Positions 14,676 through 26,300 of a stretch of DNA of 64,000 nucleotides are shown piece after piece. The DNA lies in the NCBI RefSeq assembly GCF_002113885.1, contig NW_018404676.1:255453-319452 (forward strand), read 5' to 3'. How positions within the stretch are numbered: position 1 is the first letter of the stretch; the number at the start of each line of letters is the position of its first letter. Below the pieces are notes generated by a model. It was not told where the DNA came from and did not search any database. It saw nothing but the letters and a program-made list of their open reading frames with translations. This stretch comes from Mizuhopecten yessoensis. Its lineage: Eukaryota. Both the position numbers and the translations under genes were made by a program.

Positions 14676-14714
14676 GTCTACCGGTATCGCCCGAACAGTG
14701 GGCTTCTTCAGGAC
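14676..14714 (-). ncRNA. Minimal type I hammerhead ribozyme of the Penelope element, core mutated (GAAA>GATA)
   Basis: Minus strand: gtc-CTGAAGA-a-GCCC-actgttc-GGGC-GATA-CCGGTA-gac. It has the CUGANGA box, 4-bp stem II, palindromic ACCGGT stem III, GUA cleavage triplet and gtc/gac stem I. Confidence 0.75.
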
Positions 14715-15087
14715 GATTTAATAACAAAATATGTGCCCTGAAGTACTAAAATTCTGGGCACATTTATATTGTGTATAGTGACGTAATACAGGTAACGTCA
14801 CGTGATTTTATCTATTTATAACGTTCTAGAAAGTTCCATCACGGTTATTATTAGTAGATGAGCATTCTAGTCTATAGTATCAATACCTGAAATACTATCA
14901 ATGTACATACAATTCATTGACTATTTTAAATATATATGTGTGTATAAATGTGTGTATATATATAGTTAGACATAAGTACAAGTTTCTTTTATCCCTAAAT
15001 ATTATTAAACTGAATTATAATGTTCAAGTTCATCCTGACAAACAGTGGATGTGGATAGAGACGTATATCCCAAAGTCTTGTAGTCTC

Positions 15088-15858
15088 TTATTGCGTAGTC
15101 ACCTTCTGATGTGTTTGGCGTGGATGCCGTGTATTCACTCTCTGATAATTTTTTAATGCGTAATGCTTGCGAATACGGGATGCTATTTTTTGGTAACTTT
15201 GGTAGTGTAGATATAGAAACGCGTTAGTCGCTTTACTATACACCTTACAGCCGAGACTGCCGTCCGGTAGTAAGTAGATGGTTGTATCTAGGAAGTTAGC
15301 CTCCGTGTTGCTGATATCGAAGGTAAACTTGATCGTTGGGTGGTAAGAGTTCATGGCTTCACAGAAGGAGGTGAGTTCCTCTCTTGTATGTGTCCATATA
15401 AAGAAAATATCATCTATATATCTCAACCAGACCAATGGTATTTTTGCTTGTGTAGATAAAAATCTGGTTTCTATGTAGTCCATGAAAATAATTGCATAAT
15501 TTGGTGCCATTTTCGTGCCCATGGCGGTGCCTAGCTTCTGTAAATAATAGTCTCTGTTGAACCTAAAACAGTTGTTCGTTAATATAAGTGCGATCATCCT
15601 GAGAACGATCCACGTGCTGGGTTTCGCATCTTGACCTCTCTTATCTAATGCCAACTTGGCGGCCCTAATACCTTCTGTGTGTGGAATAGATGTGTATAGA
15701 GCAGACACGTCCGCTGTACATAATATGCTATTGGTCGGTATTTTACCCATTTGTTTTATTTTCCGAAGGAAATCGGTGCTATCCTTCAAATATGACTCAG
15801 TGTTAACAACTAAGGGTTTGAGGTGGTAGTCCGCAAATTCTGATATTTTTTCCGTGCA
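15088..15858 (-). pseudogene. Penelope-type reverse transcriptase fragment
   Basis: ORF 15088-15789 plus in-frame upstream codons; YIDD catalytic motif intact; truncated at both ends. Confidence 0.88.
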
Positions 15859-17376
15859 GCTTTAAAGTGTGGTATTATGGAGGCTGGTAAGGTTTTGTTC
15901 TCTGTGACAGTATCTTCTCTCCTCCTTTTTGGCTCTTGATTACTGGAATGATCTGGTGGTTATCGTTAGGTAATTGGAACGAGAAATCTTTGTTAGTTGA
16001 TTCATTCATGTTCGGTGACGGGAGGTGGTCCGGTGTTGGACTCGGGTATCCCTTCGGCGGATCCACTAGAGATGCAGGGGCTCTAGATAAAAGTTACAAC
16101 ATCGATCCAGGAGTAGAGCTTCTTCTGTAGAAGTGTTATCTACTGTTCATCTAGACAGCAATTGATACTAGTTTATTTCTAGAGTAAATCACTTCCAAGT
16201 CTCCATATGTGATATCCTCCATGGACATGTTGGTGGTGAACAGTCTATGGTGGTGAAAGTGAAAAGAGTTGCAGAGGGCTATAACTTTGGTAACAAGTAA
16301 CACTATATACCCTTTTTTCATAATATATAAATCCTCGTAATTATGATTCCTATCACACCCACACTACATTTCTCAAAAATCTTGTTGAAAATTGTATGAT
16401 TCTTATAGGCCAAAATGTTCACATTTTTGTTGCTGGTCACAATGGACTGAAAATTGTTAGCTAAAATTAACAGCAATTTTTGTATATATATAGCATTTTC
16501 ATTTTTATGATGCCAAGATATCAAGTGTTGTTAGTTCAAGGTATCGTTAACCAATTTTTTTTTCCCCCATCACCATCATATAGTTAATCATTCATCCTTA
16601 AAAACATTATCATCACTATTTCTAAAGAAGCAAGTTTCTCAAATTTCACATGTTGTTTTTCATCGGTCCCTAGCTGTGCTTGTTTATTTTGAGACTGATA
16701 AAAAACATTAAGATGGCTGTTAGGTGGCCAACTTAGATTTTGACTGTTAAAGTTTCTTCTCTCTAATTTTCAGAATGTAGGGGATCTTTCTCATACCTAA
16801 GAATTTTGAACTTTTGATCAAAAGTTATTACATAATGCTTTCACTGCTGAAATGACTACAAAGATAATCCAACTGATAAAAGATTAAACTTGCTGAGAAC
16901 TGTTGAAGATCTTCCAGAGATCCTCTGGGGGTTGATCTAGCTAGAAAACAGTTTAACATGACATTGGTTGTTGACTTTTTGACCCCAAATAGGTCAAATA
17001 CACTATGTTTTTACTCAACAAATCACTGTGACATTAACCATAGCCTTTTGAATACAAAATTAAAGGGGATCCTTCTCACCCAAATTAGCTTTGATAAGGG
17101 TAGCTAAAACAGTCTGAAGACAAACGTGTCCCGACACAGGGAAGTTTGATTCTGGCATACCCTGTAAACTTTTCATTTGGCAGAAAAATCTTGAAAAATG
17201 CTAAAAAGAGAAGTACTGTGCTATTGTTTCTCTTTTTACAATTTGAATTGGTGACTGAATAAGAAGAAAATTCATATAAAATACACAATAGCATTTAAAG
17301 TATGAAATAAATTATAATTAAAGTTTGTACATAATTAACATACATTTTTATGTAACAATAACGATTGTGGACTTGG

Positions 17377-20300
17377 CTACACCCTGTAAGCATGCTTTAA
17401 TACCAGTTCCTGGTTCTCTTCATGGGAATGTCTGTAGCAGTCGACCACCAGTAGGTACCTGTGTCCTACACACTGTGTGGCAGACTGGAGTAGTGTAGGG
17501 AGATCTGGTAGCTTCTGTGGAGGGTAGGACAGCCAGTGGATGGAAGGATGCGACATACACAATAATTCTGACATGGAACCTCCACATCTGTCAGCCATAG
17601 GTCTCCAGATCGTGTTCAATAAAATATGGGAATTTAGTCCTGTCCAAGTCAAAATGAAACATTCTGGAATTTCTGAAATACAAAGACAGGTTTCCTTGAA
17701 TAAATCTCAACTATTTTTGTACACTGATTATCCGAGGAACTTGGCAAAATCTCATCAAATATCTGGTATGCCCATTTTCCAATTCAGTGTTCATACAAGG
17801 CTCAAATATTAATCGCCCTGCATACCCACAGTACTCACAGAAAAGGGGCCTCACTGATCAACCCACATATACCTTCAGTTTAATAGATCTTTAGACTGTA
17901 GTTTATACTATTTCCAGACCCCCTTACCAAGGTTAAGATCACTCTTAAAGGTAACAATTAAAATGACTGGATTTTATCTCATAAAATGATGTTAAATGCA
18001 TATCACTGATATTAATCACTCTTTTTGGCCAGATGTTCACATGCAGTGGAGGGGCAGGGGGTCAACATGATTATACTTCAAGAGTTGCTGAATGAAATCA
18101 GTCTCATAAACGTAATAAATTGATACATTTAGTAGCCATAAGTAAAGATGGATGTTTGAGAAGATTTAAAAAACCCAGGTACAAACCTTTGTCTCGACAT
18201 TGCCTCTCTGTTTCTGAAGAATGCCCTGCTGTATTTGAAGAATGCCCAGCTGTATTTGAAGAATTTCCTGCTGTATTTGAAGAATGCCCTGCTGTATTTG
18301 AAGAATTTCCTGCTGTATTTGAAGAATGCCCTGCTGTATTTGAAGAATGCCCTGCTGTATTTGAAGAATTTCCTGCTGTATTTGAAGAATTTCCTGCTGT
18401 ATTTGAAGAATGCCCTGCTGTATTTGAAGAATTTCCTGCTGTATTTGAAGAATGCCCTGCTGTATTTGATCTGTATTCTGTGGTATCTGAGGAATATCCC
18501 GGTGTGTTTGAACTGTGCCCTGTTGTATCTGAGTGTTGTTGCTCCTCTGTTGACAGCTCCCCTGAAGGGAACATGAGCTTCTGTCTGAGCCTGGACCGGT
18601 CAGCTGGGCTGTAGGACACAGGAAAGGTGTGTATCAACTGTTGTGGCTTCACTACCCCAATACTCTCCATCTGGTCAGTCAGGGCATGAGTCTCTCTGTC
18701 TACAACCACCACTTCCTGTTCACAAAGCGGTGTCTTTTCTGCCTTGGATATCTTTTTTCCTCTTGATTTCCGTCTATATGTTTCTGGTGCTGCACATCTA
18801 AAATTGAATTAAAATAAAATCACTTTGTATGTTTTAGCTCAATTAGGGCAAAGTTTAAATAAAATCAATAATTGGTACATGTATTATACTTTGAATAACT
18901 TTGAAATTGTAGCAAAAAAATCATTCAAACTAGAACACTGACAGGTCAGTAAGGGCCCCGTCTTGTGGCAATATATCCCCCATAATCATCAAGAAGCAAT
19001 CTGCCCATATAGCTGAGCTTGACGTTTGACATTTGGACTTCAAAAAGAATCGCAAGGAAGCAAAATTTACATTTTACATGTCCTTTGATGTGAGGTGAGT
19101 CTTGTTTCCTTCCACCTCCATATTTACTGGGCTAACAGAAATGTAAATACCGGTGCGATACTCATTTGTTAGCTTTGATTTGTTTTATTTCACCTTTAAT
19201 ACCTCCTCCATCAAGAGCCAGGGTCAAAGTCAGAGATCCACTTTGTCTTTGACCTTTGGACCCAAATGACATTGACCATTAATCCAGTGACCCTGATTTT
19301 TGGTCAGTTGACTTATTCTTTTTTATTCTGACCAACTTTGCTTCTTAATATCATAACAAAATGTTCATCAGTGAAAAATATAAAAATTGGCCTTGACCCT
19401 TTGGACCTCGTTACCTGGACCTAAGGTCAGTAGACTCTGTGCTCAGTTCTGAACAACATTGCTTCATAATGTCATAACAAAATGTTCANGTAACAAAATG
19501 TTCATCAGGGAAAAGGTACAATATTTAAACTTCACCTTTGACCCAGTGACCTTGACCTTTGGTCAATTGACTCCTTGTTTAATTCTGAGCAACACTACTT
19601 GAAAGTGTCATAGCGAAATGTTCACCAGTGAAAAGATACAAAATTTAACCTTGACCTTTGACCCAATGACCTTGACATTTGGTCAGTTGACTCCTTGTTT
19701 AATTTTGATTAACTTTGCTTCATCATGTAAATTAAAATGTTCATCAGTGAAAAGATGCAAAGTTTGACCTTGACCATTGAATCTAATGACCTTGACCTTT
19801 GACCTTGACTTTTTTCCTCAATGTGTATTTTTGTGAACTGAACATCTTGACCAAGTTTCATGTACATCGGTCAATAAATACCAAAGTTATCAGCCAGGAA
19901 CAAAATTTGTGGACGGACAGACAGACAGACAGAGTGATTACTATTGGGCACCCGTATCTCCGATACGGGGCCCTAACTAGGATTCTGGTATTGTGTACGT
20001 ATTGACCTCATGACCATTTAGGACTGCACATCTACAATAAAGTGTACATTCGCGTATCCGGTTGAAACGGTTGAACCTGTAAAGAAAACGACAGGCACAG
20101 ATTTGGACCGAGGCTGACCTCAGGAAAAGTTGGTACGTGTAGATTGAGGGGTCCAGACGTACCTGACAGAAACTAAAATGCTGACTATTGCCAATTTGCG
20201 TTATTTCTTTCTTAAACAATGTCAAGTCACATGTAATTTTTAAGATACGTTATGTAATTTAGTGGACGCATGAGAGAAGGGCATAATATTCTTGATACAT

Positions 20301-23300
20301 TGTTTTTTATTCTCCGAAACTGGATTTTTAGCTCTGCTTATAGAACGGTTCAAGTGTGTTCGTTTATCGTGGAAAATTTCTGTGCCTCACGTACCGTTTC
20401 AACCGGGATATGCGAATGTAGCCTTAATTTAAACTGGAATTCTGGCACTTATCTTACTATCAAATACCTTTAAAAAATACATGACAAATTTGAGTTGAAT
20501 GATAATTTTGGAAGGGACTTTGATAGTTACTAAATAATAAAACAAATAAATAAATGGGGGAGAAACAATGATATGTGCACTGTGCAGTACATTAAGAGAC
20601 ATTGTGATGTGTATAACAAGATTTCTTAGACGTCTAACACCAAACATTACCTGACAGTTGGAGAGTGGATCAGTTTAGCCATGACCATGACTGCTTGTAC
20701 AAACAGATGTCTAACACCAACCATTACCTGACAGTTGGAGAGTGGATCAGTTTAGCTGAGACCCTGACTGCTTGTACAAACAGATGTCTAACACCAACCA
20801 TTACCTGACAGTTGGAGAGTGGATCAGTTTAGCCATGACCATGACTGCTTGTACAAACAGATGTCTAACACCAAACATTACCTGACAGTTGGAGAGCGGA
20901 TCAGTTTAGCCGAGACCATGACTGCTTGTACAAACAGGTGTCTAACACCAAACATTACCTGACAGTTGGAGAGCGGATCAGTTTAGCCGAGACCATGACT
21001 GCTTGTACAAACAGATGTCTAACACCAAACATTACCTGACAGTTGGAGAGCGGATCAGTTTAGCCGAGACCATGACTGCTTGTACAAACAGCTGTCTAAG
21101 ACCAAACATTAACTGACCGTTGGAGAGTGGATCAGTTTAGCCGAGACCATGACTACTTGTACAAACAGATGTCTAACACCAAACATTACCTGACAGTTGG
21201 AGAGCGGATCAGTTTAGCCGAGACCATGACTGCTTGTACAAAAAGATGTCTAACACCAAACATTACCTGACAGTTGGAGAGTGGACCAGTTTAGCCGAGA
21301 CCCTGACTGCTTGTACAAAAAGATGTCTAACACCAAACATTACCTGACAGTTGGAGAGCGGATCAGTTTAGCCGAGACCATGACTGCTTGTACAAAAAGA
21401 TGTCTAACACCAAACATGACCTGACAGTTGGAGAGTGGATCAGTTTAGCCGAGACCCTGACTGCTTGTACAAACAGATGTCTAACACCAACCATTACCTG
21501 ACAGTTGGAGAGTGGATCAGTTTAGCCGAGCCCATGACTGCTTGTACAAACAGATGTCTAACACCAAACACTACCTGACAGTTGGAGAGTGGATCAGTTT
21601 AGCCGAGACCATGACTGCTTGTACAAAAAGATGTCTAACACCAAACATGACCTGACAGTTGGAGAGTGGATCAGTTTAGCCGAGCCCATGACTGCTTGTA
21701 CAAACAGATGTCTAACACCAACCATTACCTGACAGTTGGAGAGTGGATCAGTTTAGCCGAGACCATGACTGCTTGTACAAACAGGCGTTTGTGTTGTCTA
21801 TAACTAAGCCCTATCAATTCTCTCTTCCAATCATCACTAGGAACAATCTGGAAAATGAAATAGCAACAATTACTTAACTGAAACAGAATAGATCAGAATC
21901 AAATTTCATCAAATGATTTATTATAATGTAATAAGTTAGACAATATTTGTTTTGCTATTAATGAAGTAGTTGGCTTTTATAAAAGTTATAAAATCTGACA
22001 GATAATTAAAAATTCAAACTGTTTACATATAGTGGTAAGATTACAACCTTGAGATCAGTGTACATATCTTGGAGGGCAGCCAGTCCTATGGGGAGACAAG
22101 GGTAGGAAAAGTATCCTTCAACCATAGAGAGTTCTACTTCCCTTGTACCCTCACGTGATTGCGACCAGGCTAGTACACGCGTTATGGCAGATTCTTGTCT
22201 GGAGTGTCTCTCTTCACTCCCTTTTATACTCAACTGAAAATAAAGAAACCAATGTGACATGGTATCGAATATTAGTGGGAAAACAAACAGTGTCGTAAAC
22301 TGTGTGTGGGCCGATGGAAACAAATGATATTGGAGAAAGGCTGTCATATCATCAACTGTATGTAGCAACGAACAGTGTCTTATGCCATAAGCACTCAGTG
22401 GAGAAAGAATACTCTATATCAATACAGGGTAACTGTATGTGGAGAAACAGTGTCATGGCATCAACTGTTAGTGGAGAAATAGTATCATACATCATGAACA
22501 GTTTGTTGAGACATTAAGTGTCATAGATCATGAACTGTTAATTGAGGAACAAACAGAGTCATATGTAATAAACTGATAGTGGAGGAACAAAGTTTTTACA
22601 CGATTTCAGAAGACATCAACTCTTAATGAAGAATAAAGAGAGTATCATACAGCATCAACAAATTCTGGCAAAAACCAAATTGTCATCAATGGTTCGTAGA
22701 GCCAGGTGGGTAACAGACTTACCTGGGTTCAGGTAAGGTACACCTGTCGGTGACAGGTAGACTCAGTCAGGTGGGTTACTGACTTACCTGGGTGTTGATG
22801 GTTGAGGTAAGGTACACATGTCGGTGACAGGTAGACTCAGTCAGGTGGGTTACTGACTTACCTGGGTGTTGATGGTTGAGGTAAGGTACACATGTCGGTG
22901 ACAGGTAGACTCAGTCAGGTGGGTTACAGACTTACCTGGGTGTTAATGGTTTAGGTGAGGTACACCTGTCGGTGACAGGTAGACTCAGTCAGGCGGGTTA
23001 CACACTTACCTGGGTGTTAATGGTTGAGGTGAGGTACACCTGTTGGTGACAGGTAGACTCAGTCAGGCGGGTTACACACTTACCTGGGTGTTAATGGTTG
23101 AGGTGAGGTACCCCTGTCGGTGACAGGTAGACTCAGTCAGGTGGGTTACTGACTTACCTGGGTGTTGATGGTTGAGGTAAGGTACACATGTCGGTGACAG
23201 GTAGACTCAGTCAGGTGGGTTACAGAGTTACCTGGGTGTTGATGGTTGAGGTAAGGTACACATGTCGGTGACAGGTAGACTCAGTCAGGTGGGTTACAGA

Positions 23301-26300
23301 CTTGCCTGGGTGTTGATGGTTGAGGTAAGGTACACATGTCGGTGACAGGTAGACTCAGTCAGGTGGGTTACAGACTTACCTGGGTGTTGATGTTTGAGGT
23401 AAGGTACACCTGTCGGTGACAGGTAGACTCAGTCAGGCGGGGTACAGACTTACCTGGGTGTTAATGGTTGAGGGGAGGTACACCTGTCGGGGACAGGTAG
23501 ACTCAGTCAGGCGGGTTACAGACTTGCCTGGGTGTTAATGGTTGAGGTGAGGTACACCTGTTGGTGACAGGTAGACTCAGTCAGGCGGGTTACACACTTA
23601 CCTGGGTGTTAATGGTTGAGGTGAGGTACCCCTGTCGGTGACAGGTAGACTCAGTCAGGCGAGTTACAGACTTACCTGGGTGTTAATGGTTGAGGGGAGG
23701 TACACCTGTCGGTGACAGGTAGACTCAGTCAGGCGGGTAACAGACTTACCTGGGTGTTAATGGTTGAGGTGAAGTACACCTGTCGGTGACAGGTAGACTC
23801 AGTCAGGCGGGTTACAGACTTACCTGGGTGTTAATGGTTGAGGTGAGGTACACCTGTCGGTGACAGGTAGACTCAGTCAGGTAAGATGTGTTGTTGATCA
23901 CCCTCATGTGTCTACACACCAGCACCACACCAGGTCTTACTTCAGGACCAATCAAAGACTACAAATCCAAATCAAATCAAATTGAGCAGTGATTTAACAT
24001 TTATACCATGACAAACCTATATTATAGTACATTACACAGATTTTCTTACAGTATAATTCTGAATCTGCCTGTGTGTGCAAATTTTCTCCTAATCAGACTA
24101 TTTCACGGGGATTAAATTCCACTCAACAGCACCTAGTTAAAATTCCAAAGTCACTGGAAACATCCATATAATGTAATAGGAAGATTCGGTCTTCAAGTAA
24201 GTCAGACATGCACAGTGCAACAGTATAGTCATAGTTTTGTTTACTTTTCAATAAGACCATGTACATGTACATCGGAATGCAGGTTGTTTTTTAATTATTG
24301 TTTAAAAAAAATGACCAATTCGACAGGCTGATAGGCAGATAGCTGTCTTTTGAAGATTACGGAGGAGCAATATCCAATTCAAAGCCAGTCTAATTTACCT
24401 TTACACAACCAAGAGATTCTTTTGAACATCAAAGGATCAAATTAATCTCCTCATTTCATCCACAAGGTGCACAGGGCGCACATTGAGTCTAAGAATTTGT
24501 AATGACGTCACATATTCCGGGGGTGCAGAGAGCGTAAGTGAGCGTTTCCGACGTCAAATGAGGCTTCGCGACTAGAATACCCTTGAGTATCGAGGATAGG
24601 ATTTACCAAGATATTTTTTCATGTCTGTATTTCAAGATATTTGCTTTAATACATGTCTGTCCATGACCAGGATATTCTACCTTAAGGGTTAAGAATTGTG
24701 AGTAAAATTCTTGGCAAAGCCCCTAGTATTATTCCAATTCAAAACCCACTTGGTACAAATCTACACACATATGAAAAAAAAAATTTTAAACAGTAAAGAA
24801 TATTGTAATATCTCTAGTATAAAATTGGTCATTACTGTGATTCAAAAGTTTTCAATTTCAAAATGTACCATTTATGAGGAATACAATAATTTGCTTACCT
24901 CTGCTGCTCTGAACATTTGTACTATGAATGTCTTTTTGCTGGAGGCGTCCTTCAGGTGTAGCCAACGACGAACCCAGAAACCCCCACTGTCTAGGCCAGC
25001 TTTGTCTAAAACACAAACACAACCCACTCATCACAGTTTTAGTGAATATATTTCAAAATTATAAAAATGCCTTTCTTCCCTGAATTCTTACAAATTCTCT
25101 CAAAAAAGTGTATTTACAGTACATTATTCCTTGTGTTCATTTAAACATTCAAAAGGTTATTATACAGTTGCAAATTTCTAATAATACATTTACATATACT
25201 CAATGTGTTTGGAAATATTTTTAATTGTAAACAAACCTTTTTAATCAAAGGAATGATGTCCTACTCTTACTCATTCATGAATATTTATCTTAGAAAGAAT
25301 CCAAACAACTTTATACATTTTGTAACATATTTTATGTTTCAGCCTCTCTACAGGAGTCCCTTTTCATTGAAAAATGTAATTCACATGTGCTTGTTCAATG
25401 ATAGTATGTTATTGTGTAGTATGCTCCCTTTTTATTACGTTCAGTGAACATGTGTACTTCATTAGTTACTGTGGCGATCACACTAAGTCAGAAGGTTCAG
25501 CAATTTATGCCCAATATAGACCACACAACAAGAATTACTGATTGGTCACACTTAGGCTACATTCGCTTATCCCGGTTCAAACGGTACGTGTGACACAGAA
25601 ATATTCCGCGATAAACGAACGCACTTGGACCGTTCTATAAGCAGAGCTTAAAACGCAGTTTTGGAGAATAAATAATAATGTATTAAGAATATTATGCCCT
25701 TCTTTCATGCGTCCACTGAATTACATAAGGTATCTTAAAAACTACATGTGGCTTGACATTATTTTAGAAAGAAATAACGCAAACTAGCAATAACCAGCAT
25801 TTATAGTTTCGGTCAGGTATGTCTGGACCCCCAATCTACATGTGCCAAATTTTCCTGAGGTCAGCCTTGGTCCAGATCTGTGCCTGTTGTGATAGTGCTC
25901 CATTTATTTAGGTAACAAAGTACACTTAAATTGCTTTCACAAAGGATTTTAAAGATCCTGCAATTATTTCTGCCATCGTTTGATAAAAATATGGCTTTAC
26001 CACAATTGCTCTAATTTGTTATAAGATTCTGCACATAAAACACTTTACATAGGTCATGCAGCTAGCATTAATGAATGGCCACACTAACTTGTAATAAGGT
26101 CTCGCTCGTAACGTCCCACGTAGGTCACACAGCCCACAATATCACAGATGTAGTTGTCTGGAATGGATCTGCAAATCAAAACGGTGGTTATATATAATTA
26201 GGTACATGTTAGGAAAAATAAAACATCTCTTATTAGTAATAAGAGATGTTTTATTTAAATGTTTTTGTGTTAATTTTTATAAAGTAATTTATTTTATAAA

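Larger units (their letters stand above)
14590..16300 (-). mobile_element. Penelope-like retroelement, internally deleted and non-autonomous
   Basis: RT region ~15090-15860 with PLE motifs (TEKISEFADYHLKP, DVSALYTSIP, GTAMGTKMAPNYA, WLRYIDDIF, FLDTTI). There is a frameshift after YLHYQS and no GIY-YIG domain. Downstream are a hammerhead-like motif and AATAAA (14664-14669, minus strand). Outer boundaries approximate. Confidence 0.88.

Noticed and set aside
18120-18614. Plus-strand EECPAVF-repeat and LKNALLY-repeat ORFs
   Set aside because: Antisense shadows of the RADX coding minisatellite; the minus frame splices in phase with RADX.
20631-23881. Regular repeats resembling CRISPR arrays
   Set aside because: Units are contiguous with no unique spacers, there are no cas genes, and the context is eukaryotic introns. 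They are copies of exon/intron junctions.
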